Assembly: GCA_037481775.1 (NCBI GenBank)
Contig: JBBFKZ010000031.1
Location: forward strand, 1-10,901
Length of the DNA: 10,901 nucleotides
Direction: 5' to 3'
DNA from: Candidatus Bathyarchaeia archaeon
GTDB lineage: Archaea > Thermoproteota > Bathyarchaeia > Bathyarchaeales > Bathycorpusculaceae
Below are positions 1-5,885 of this stretch, piece after piece. Position 1 is the stretch's first letter, and every line of letters starts with the position of its first letter. Below the pieces are notes generated by a model. It had not been told where the DNA came from. It made no database searches and was given only the letters and a program-made list of their open reading frames with translations. Both the position numbers and the translations under genes were made by a program.

Positions 1-495
1 CGCTGTGGCTTTATAACCGCGGTAGGTTCCGCTGGGATGAGTACCGAAAACGTGCGTGCCAGTCTTATCGACGCCGCCGAAGATTAGCGAAACGCCGAAA
101 GGTCTAACACCAGCATGCTGCGTGTACATCTGCTGTATATCACATATTCTCTTGGTTACAACCTCTACGTCTATGGGCTCATCATAAGTTAACTTGTTGC
201 TCTGCGCATATATGCGTGCTTGGTCAATGAGCACTCTGGCGTCGGAGCTTAAGCCCACTATAGCTACACCAACATGCTCGTCAATCTTGAAGAGCTTCCA
301 TGAGTATCCGGCGTCTTCAAGAGGTTCTATATTTTCTTCTGATGCTAAAACTACTCCTTCTGCGCATTGAATCCCCAAAATTGTTGCGCCACGGTTAACT
401 AGCTCCATGGCATATTCAACTTGAAAGAGTCGCCCGTCTGGAGAGAAAACGGTTATAGCGCGGTCGTATGCTCCTGGTGCTGCAAACACAGACAT
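1..495 (-). CDS. psmA: 20S proteasome alpha subunit (partial, C-terminus outside window)
   Basis: Manual translation from ATG at 495: MSVFAAPGAYDRAITVFSPDGRLFQVEYAMELVNRGATILGI...KIDEHVGVAIVGLSSDARVL...YTQHAGVRPFGVSLIFGGVD. Contains the alpha-subunit N-terminal signature YDRAITVFSPDGRLFQVEYA and the RPFGVS motif. Frame is open to position 1. SD-like GTGAGGT upstream. Confidence 0.97.
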   Translation of the reverse strand, partial: MSVFAAPGAYDRAITVFSPDGRLFQVEYAMELVNRGATILGIQCAEGVVLASEENIEPLEDAGYSWKLFKIDEHVGVAIVGLSSDARVLIDQARIYAQSNKLTYDEPIDVEVVTKRICDIQQMYTQHAGVRPFGVSLIFGGVDKTGTHVFGTHPSGTYRGYKATA

Positions 496-552
496 AATGT
501 TAACCTCACATCACTCTATACACTTTTGCACAGTTTCATATAATAACTAAAC

Positions 553-573
553 TAAAAACTTTTCCTATAAAAA
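553..573 (-). promoter_or_regulatory. Putative BRE/TATA promoter of psmA
   Basis: Minus strand reads TTTTTATA-GGAAAAG-TTTTTAG: two alternative TATA-like boxes (566-573, 553-558), the second preceded by purine-rich GAAAAG. Confidence 0.4.
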
Positions 574-632
574 GCGCATTTAATCACGTCAACATGCACT
601 TCGCCAACTTGATGAAGCGGTGAAACCACAAT

Positions 633-645
633 CCAAACTTATAAA
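633..645 (+). promoter_or_regulatory. Putative BRE/TATA promoter of the PRTase-cgi121 unit
   Basis: CCAAAC-TTATAAA about 40 nt upstream of GTG 686. Its position argues against the ORF-track start at 620. Confidence 0.5.
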
Positions 646-685
646 CTTTTCAGCAGTTCTAATCATACAGAAAAGGGGGAGACAT

Positions 686-1288
686 GTGAAAAGCGCTGTG
701 AGTTTTGAAGTGTTAACATGGGAAAAGACTTACAGCATGCTGCTTACGCAAGCGGAAAAAATCCGCCAAAGCGGCTTTAAACCAGATATCATTGTCGGCA
801 TCGCGAAGGGCGGCTGGGTTCCCGCGCGGGTTTTGGCAGACCTTCTTGAGGTTTCGGATCTTGCCGCGGTTCGAATAGAGTTTTACGTGGGTGTTGCTGA
901 AACCAAAACTGAGCCTACGTTAACAGAAGGCGTTTCCACAGCGGCGATAGCGGGCAAAAAAGCGCTGTTGGTTGATGATGTTGCAGACACGGGAAAAAGC
1001 CTGCAACTTGCCAGAGCGCATGTCCTGCAGCATGGTGCAGCTGACGCCAGAATCGCCACCTTGTACAAGAAGCCATGGAGCATAATTAAGCCGGATTACT
1101 GCGAGGCAGAGACAAACTGTTGGGTTGTGTTTCCATGGGAGAGAAAGGAAACCCTAAGAAAAATCGTTATGAAGCATCGAGAAAAAGGCGTGATTGACGC
1201 GGAAATGGCGAAACTGGTAAAAGCAGGTTTGCCCAAACAACTGGCAAAAAGGTTTCTTAAGGAAATATTTGAGGCGGGAAAGTGCTGA
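686..1288 (+). CDS. Type I phosphoribosyltransferase (purine PRTase-like)
   Basis: Motifs KPDIIVGIAKGGWVPARVLADLL and PRPP-binding LLVDDVADTGKSL, plus C-terminal WVVFPWE. Start placed at GTG 686 behind GGGGGAG (675-681). Confidence 0.9.
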   Translation: MKSAVSFEVLTWEKTYSMLLTQAEKIRQSGFKPDIIVGIAKGGWVPARVLADLLEVSDLAAVRIEFYVGVAETKTEPTLTEGVSTAAIAGKKALLVDDVADTGKSLQLARAHVLQHGAADARIATLYKKPWSIIKPDYCEAETNCWVVFPWERKETLRKIVMKHREKGVIDAEMAKLVKAGLPKQLAKRFLKEIFEAGKC

Positions 1289-1848
1289 AATACATCGAAG
1301 AGACGGGAAAATACGTGGAGATCACGGCTTTTAGACGCGCCAGAATCAGTAAAGTAGAAGATCTGCTTAGGGCAGTTGATAGAGAGAAGCCGCGGCATGT
1401 TTGGGTTCAGTTTTTTGACGCTGAACTTGTGGCTACTTGGCAGCACTTGTATTTTGCGGTTTTTAATGCACTGGTAGCCTCCAAAAATGCGCGAAATATC
1501 TCGAAGAACCCAGCAATGGAGGTTATGCTCTATGCTTCCGCCCAGCACCAGATCAGAAAAGCCATTGATTTGTTGGGTGTAAAATGCGGATCGGGAAACG
1601 TGGCGGCAGTCATAATCGGCGAGAATCCCGAACATGTTAAGGTCGTTCTCGCGGCGGTTTCCGCTGCCATCGGCGTTGCGCCTGACGACACGGCTCTTGA
1701 ACTTTCAGATAAGAAAATACAGAGAATCCGCGAAGCTTTCGAAATTTCAGATAAAGAGCTTGAAGCAGTCAAAGAGAAGGACAATATTGGGCAGGCGCTG
1801 ATTAAGCTTGTCATCGAGCGCGTGGCTTTGCTTGCTACTCAGGTTTAA
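1282..1848 (+). CDS. cgi121: KEOPS complex subunit Cgi121
   Basis: VQFFDAELVATWQHLYFAVFNAL...RNISKNPAMEVMLYASAQHQIRKAIDLLGVK matches the Cgi121/TPRKB pattern. GTG start overlaps the PRTase 3' end by 7 nt, with GAGGCGGG upstream. Confidence 0.9.
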   Translation: MLKYIEETGKYVEITAFRRARISKVEDLLRAVDREKPRHVWVQFFDAELVATWQHLYFAVFNALVASKNARNISKNPAMEVMLYASAQHQIRKAIDLLGVKCGSGNVAAVIIGENPEHVKVVLAAVSAAIGVAPDDTALELSDKKIQRIREAFEISDKELEAVKEKDNIGQALIKLVIERVALLATQV

Positions 1849-1851
1849 CGT

Positions 1852-2397
1852 TTAGAGCAGTTTTTCTTTTACAACCGTTAAAACGTCACTTGGTTTTATG
1901 AGCGATAAGCCCGTTAACCCGCCGACAACTTCAATTAACAGAATTTTGTCAGGATTCTCCAAGTCAACTTTTCTATTTATGCTTGTAGCAGCGGCTTTTA
2001 TGAAATCCCTACTGTGGATGCTAGTAAAGCGCTTTTCCACTGTGACTCTGAAGGTTTCGTTCTCTCTGATGCGCAACGAGAGCTCTTCGGCTGCACATTT
2101 CACTTCATCCAAATCGGTGCGCACAACCTTTTCGACTGGAATGATGCGCAGAGAGTACCGAAACTTGTATGGCTGCTCCTGCAGAATGGCGCGGAGTTTC
2201 CCTATGACCTCATAAGGGTTGAACGCGGATTTCGCCGCGACCAAACCGCTAATGCCAGTTTTGCCGACGACAGGCGCGGGGTCGCCCAAGTCTTCCTTAA
2301 GCAGGTAGAGTAGCTCATAGCACATTGGTTTTTCGTTTCCACGTGAAGTTGTAGCTAAAAGGTTGAAATCTTCAAGCAAGGTTTTCAGCTTCGCCAA
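1852..2397 (-). CDS. Stand-alone THUMP-domain RNA-binding protein (Tan1/THUMPD1-like)
   Basis: DFNLLATTSRGNE N-terminus, RIIPVEKVV, ETFRVTVEKR...VDLENPDKILLIEVVG THUMP core, and no fused catalytic domain. The TTG start is uncertain by a few codons. Confidence 0.88.
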   Translation of the reverse strand: MAKLKTLLEDFNLLATTSRGNEKPMCYELLYLLKEDLGDPAPVVGKTGISGLVAAKSAFNPYEVIGKLRAILQEQPYKFRYSLRIIPVEKVVRTDLDEVKCAAEELSLRIRENETFRVTVEKRFTSIHSRDFIKAAATSINRKVDLENPDKILLIEVVGGLTGLSLIKPSDVLTVVKEKLL

Positions 2398-2410
2398 CAG
2401 TTGTTTCTAA

Positions 2411-2477
2411 TGGTCAGTGCAGGTCTGTGGCTTTTCTCACAGCTTGACGCTCGAAGCCGTCGCCTCACATCATTCCA
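2411..2477 (-). ncRNA. Box C/D 2'-O-methylation guide sRNA (dual guide)
   Basis: Minus strand: TGG-A-ATGATGT (box C, 2467-2473)-GAGGCGACGGCT (D' guide)-TCGA (D', 2451-2454)-GCGTCAAGCT-GTGAGAA (C', 2434-2440)-AAGCCACAGACCTGCA (D guide)-CTGA (box D, 2414-2417)-CCA. Terminal TGG/CCA stem with canonical K-turn spacing, 67 nt, wholly intergenic. Both guides are complementary to SSU rRNA helix 34 motifs recalled from memory. Confidence 0.82.
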
Positions 2478-2579
2478 CCAGTAAAGTGGAAACCCGCGGA
2501 TTTATCCGTTTTGATACTTTCAGGCACTACGCTTAAATGCAGACGCTTTTCCCTTCTCTACTCAAAAAGGCGAGGCAGA

Positions 2580-3542
2580 ATGAGGAAAACTTGCAAGCCT
2601 GTTATTGTTGTTCACGGCGGCGCGGGCACTTGGGATTTAGCACGCAGTCAAGCAGCGCTAAAAAGCGTCAAAGAAGCCGCGGAAACGGGTTTTAACACAA
2701 TGCATACGGGCGGAACGGCAGTTGATGCTGTTGTTGAAGCCGTCGCGCTTATGGAGGACTCGGGCAACTTTAACGCTGGCTGCGGTTCAGCACTGAATGT
2801 AGAAAAGCGCGTAGAGATGGAAGCTTCAGTGATGGATGGCGCGACGCTGCAGGCAGGTGCCGTGGGGCTTTTAAGCGACGTGCGGAATCCAGTGCGTTTG
2901 GCACGGGTTGTGATGGAGAAAACGGATCATGTTTTCGTCGTAGGCAAAGGCGCTGAGGAATTAGCTCAGATTTTCGGTTTAGAAAGGCGTGAAGCCGTCA
3001 CTGCGGCGCAGCTTGAACGTTACGAAGCACAGCTGAAGAGTCTCCTCGCCGGTAGCGGCTATCTGCCACGGCTGGCGGATTTGGTTAAGGCGCATCCTGA
3101 AGTTTTTCAACTTGAAACCGTGGGCGCAGTGGCATTGGACAGCGCCGGTAATGTGGCTGCTGCAACATCCACTGGCGGGTTCCCGCTGAAACTGGCTGGC
3201 AGAATAGGTGATTCGCCTTCAATTGGATGTGGCACTTATGCGGATAACCGTTCCGGAGCATGCTCTGCATCAGGCGTAGGCGAAGTAGCAATCAGACTTG
3301 TACTGGCTAAAACCGTCTGCGACTACATTAGGAAAGGGAGGTCACCGCAGAAAGCTGTTGAAGCAGCAGTGGCGCTCATAAAGGAGCGTATCCCGAATGT
3401 TTACAATGTCATGGGTTTGATTGCGGTTGACGTTAACGGGAGAATAGGCGCTGCACATAGCACGACTAATCTCTGTTGGGCTTACATGACCGCGGCGCTT
3501 GAGGAGCCGGTGGCTTCGCTTAAAGCCAAATTTGTAGAGTGA
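2580..3542 (+). CDS. iaaA: Isoaspartyl peptidase / plant-type L-asparaginase (Ntn hydrolase)
   Basis: VIVVHGGAG, FNAGCGS, EMEASVMDG, autocleavage/nucleophile site E|TVGAVALD, ATSTGG, GRIGDSP. Start moved to ATG 2580 after AGGCGAGG. Confidence 0.93.
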   Translation: MRKTCKPVIVVHGGAGTWDLARSQAALKSVKEAAETGFNTMHTGGTAVDAVVEAVALMEDSGNFNAGCGSALNVEKRVEMEASVMDGATLQAGAVGLLSDVRNPVRLARVVMEKTDHVFVVGKGAEELAQIFGLERREAVTAAQLERYEAQLKSLLAGSGYLPRLADLVKAHPEVFQLETVGAVALDSAGNVAAATSTGGFPLKLAGRIGDSPSIGCGTYADNRSGACSASGVGEVAIRLVLAKTVCDYIRKGRSPQKAVEAAVALIKERIPNVYNVMGLIAVDVNGRIGAAHSTTNLCWAYMTAALEEPVASLKAKFVE

Positions 3543-3624
3543 AAAAGTTTTCAGAGATGAATAATGACGCAGAAAACAGCCTTTTTGTTTGTGCTTCCAC
3601 TTGAGAATACGACATTTGACGAAT

Positions 3625-3637
3625 GAAAATGTTTAAA
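3625..3637 (+). promoter_or_regulatory. BRE/TATA promoter of the acidic micropeptide gene
   Basis: GAAAATG-TTTAAA, predicting a TSS near 3660, just upstream of the leader hairpin and SD. Confidence 0.55.
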
Positions 3638-3678
3638 GCGCGCTATTGTAAAGCTACACTACCACTCGAGCCCGTAAG

Positions 3679-3686
3679 GGAGGTGA
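3679..3686 (+). promoter_or_regulatory. Full-consensus Shine-Dalgarno site GGAGGTGA
   Basis: GGAGGTGA lies 6 nt before ATG 3693 and is the strongest SD I noticed in the window. Confidence 0.8.
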
Positions 3687-3692
3687 AAAGGA

Positions 3693-3761
3693 ATGATATT
3701 CGAAGAGGACGAGGAATGGGAAGAAATTGAAGATGAAGAATGGGAAGAAGAAGAATGGTAA
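3693..3761 (+). CDS. 22-aa hyper-acidic Trp-repeat micropeptide MIFEEDEEWEEIEDEEWEEEEW, function unknown
   Basis: ATG..TAA ORF with perfect SD, upstream TATA and downstream terminator-like element. The two EDEEWEE copies differ only by three synonymous third-position changes. Confidence 0.75.
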   Translation: MIFEEDEEWEEIEDEEWEEEEW

Positions 3762-3773
3762 TCAAAAAATGAT

Positions 3774-3801
3774 TGTGAAAAACTTTTTACATCTTTCTTT
3801 C
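3774..3801 (+). terminator. Putative terminator after the micropeptide
   Basis: TGTGAAA-AACT-TTTTACA hairpin containing a T5 run, followed by TCTTTCTTTC. Confidence 0.5.
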
Positions 3802-3934
3802 GTATGTTCAATGCAGTTTTCTGCGCGATGATTTTTTGCGCCTAACTAGCCCAAGACCAAACAGGCTAAACGCATATTTTAAACAATCAAGAGAAGCAGC
3901 TCATGGCTATTTTTACTTTCCAGCGAAGTTACTG

Positions 3935-3940
3935 TTTATA
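3935..3940 (+). promoter_or_regulatory. Putative TATA box of ABCE1
   Basis: TTTATA 35 nt upstream of ATG 3976. No clear SD, implying a very short leader. Confidence 0.4.
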
Positions 3941-3975
3941 ACCAAGCAGCCTTCATTATTGAAGATGAGTTTGAT

Positions 3976-5769
3976 ATGACCCGCGTTGCCGTATTAGACG
4001 CCGACAAATGCAAAGTAAAAAAGTGCAATCAACTATGCGTGAGTTTCTGCCCTATGGTGCGCAGCCGCGTGGAAGCCATACGAATAGAAGGCAACAAAGC
4101 CGTGATCTCGGAAAGACTGTGCAGCGGCTGCGGCATCTGCGTCAAAAAATGCCCCTTCCAAGCCATCAGCATAGTTAACCTTCCAGACGAGCTGGAGAAA
4201 GACTGCAGCCACCGCTTCAGCGCAAACAGCTTCAAACTTTTCAGGTTGCCCACGCCTTCGCCGGGCATGGTTTTGGGCTTGCTGGGGCAAAACGGCATAG
4301 GCAAAACCACCACTCTGAAGGTGCTTTCAGGCGAGTTAAAACCTAACTTGGGCCGATACAATAGCCCGCCTGAGTGGGAAGAGATAATCCAGTACTATAG
4401 GGGTTCAACCCTACAAGATTACTTCCAGAGAATGAGCCAAAGCAATCTTAAGGTGGTGCATAAGCCGCAGTACGTGGACAGGATTCCAAAGGTTATTTCA
4501 GGCAAAGTCGGCGAACTTCTTGAAAAAGTAGATGAAAGAAAAATCTTAGATAAACTTGTCGCGGACCTTGAACTCAAGAAGATTTGGGACCGCCCATTGG
4601 ATGTGCTCAGCGGCGGCGAGCTTCAGCGCGTCGCGGTGGCAGCTGCTCTAAGCCGCGAGGCTGACGTGTACCTCTTTGATGAACCATCCAGCTACTTGGA
4701 TGTTAAGCAGCGGCTGCTGGTAGCCAAGGCCATAAGAAGCCTGAAACTTCAGCAGAAAACCATAATCGTAGCTGAACATGACTTAGCCATAATCGATTAC
4801 TTGTCGGATCAGATCTGCATTTTTTACGGTCAGCCCGGCGTCTACGGCGTAGTTTCCCACGTACATGGCGTACGCACAGGCATAAACATTTACCTGCAAG
4901 GTTACATTCCAGACGAGAACATGCTGTTCAGGAGAGAAGCCATAATCTTCCATGAGAAACCGCCTGCGGTGGGCGCAAGCGGCGGCGAACTCTTGCTGCG
5001 ATGGGGACGTATCGAGAAAACATTTGAGGGGTTCAAGCTTGTTGCTGAGCCGGGCGAAATAAGACGTGGCGAAATCATCGGCATTATGGGGCCGAATGGC
5101 ATTGGGAAAACAACCTTTGTGAAGATTTTGGCTGGGCTTGAAGAGACAGATGACAAGCAGAAGCTGGGCACGTTGACTGTAAGCTACAAGCCACAGTACA
5201 TCGCTGCAGACTACGCGGGCACTGTTCAAGAACTTCTCATGGGCATTGCCAAAGAAACCTTTACATCAAGCTGGTACAAAACCGAGATTCTCCAACCCTT
5301 AAAGATTAACCTACTTCTGGACAGATGTGTCATGGAGCTCAGCGGTGGAGAGTTGCAGAAAGTCGCAATCGCCGCCTGCTTATCGCGTAAAGCAGACTTG
5401 CTTCTGCTGGATGAGCCCAGCGCTTACTTGGACGTGGAGGAGAGGCTGAATATGGCGCGCACGTTACGGCGCGTTGTTGAAGCAAATAATGTGCCTGCTT
5501 TCGTCGTTGAGCATGACGTTGTAGCCCAAGACTTCATTGCTGACCGAATCATGGTTTTCAGCGGAGAACCAGGCGTGAAAGGCATCGCGAATGCGCCTAC
5601 AAGCCTGCGAAAGGGAATGAATGCTTTCTTAAAGGAAATGAATGTTACGTTCCGCCGAGATCCTGTTACGAGGCGGCCAAGAGTTAACAAGGAAGGCTCA
5701 AAACTTGACACAATCCAGAAACAAATTGGTGAATATTATTATACACGTTTGAAGCAAAAACAAGAGTAG
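3976..5769 (+). CDS. rli1: ABCE1/Rli1 ribosome recycling ATPase
   Basis: N-terminal two-[4Fe-4S] domain (CKVKKCNQLCVSFCP; CSGCGICVKKCP), two NBDs (GQNGIGKTT, GPNGIGKTT), two LSGGELQ signatures, two DEPS Walker B motifs, and hinge TFRRD...RPRVNK.GS..D. Confidence 0.98.
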   Translation: MTRVAVLDADKCKVKKCNQLCVSFCPMVRSRVEAIRIEGNKAVISERLCSGCGICVKKCPFQAISIVNLPDELEKDCSHRFSANSFKLFRLPTPSPGMVLGLLGQNGIGKTTTLKVLSGELKPNLGRYNSPPEWEEIIQYYRGSTLQDYFQRMSQSNLKVVHKPQYVDRIPKVISGKVGELLEKVDERKILDKLVADLELKKIWDRPLDVLSGGELQRVAVAAALSREADVYLFDEPSSYLDVKQRLLVAKAIRSLKLQQKTIIVAEHDLAIIDYLSDQICIFYGQPGVYGVVSHVHGVRTGINIYLQGYIPDENMLFRREAIIFHEKPPAVGASGGELLLRWGRIEKTFEGFKLVAEPGEIRRGEIIGIMGPNGIGKTTFVKILAGLEETDDKQKLGTLTVSYKPQYIAADYAGTVQELLMGIAKETFTSSWYKTEILQPLKINLLLDRCVMELSGGELQKVAIAACLSRKADLLLLDEPSAYLDVEERLNMARTLRRVVEANNVPAFVVEHDVVAQDFIADRIMVFSGEPGVKGIANAPTSLRKGMNAFLKEMNVTFRRDPVTRRPRVNKEGSKLDTIQKQIGEYYYTRLKQKQE

Positions 5770-5885
5770 ACCAAACTTGCGCCCAAAGTTTTCCCTGAAA
5801 ATCGCAGTTAACTTAAAGAATAAGCATAAACATATCAATAAGAAATTAATCATGAGAAAGGATCATATATTGGTGGAGGCTAGAA

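Noticed and set aside
609-627. TTGATGA...GAAAC resembling a box C or hammerhead ribozyme core
   Set aside because: No box D at a suitable distance, and hammerhead stems I-III cannot be formed.
620-685. Extended N-terminus of the PRTase (and likewise 2511-2579 for the asparaginase)
   Set aside because: The extensions cover TATA and SD elements, and the family-like sequence begins at the downstream starts.
3750-3761. Micropeptide C-terminus as a proteasome-gating HbYX motif or a Pup/SAMP-like tag
   Set aside because: It ends in EEW, not hydrophobic-Tyr-X, GG or GGE/Q.
3823-3868. Two short hairpins (GCGCGA/TTGCGC and TAGCC/GGCTA) upstream of ABCE1
   Set aside because: Stems of 5-6 bp without distinctive loops, at the level expected by chance.
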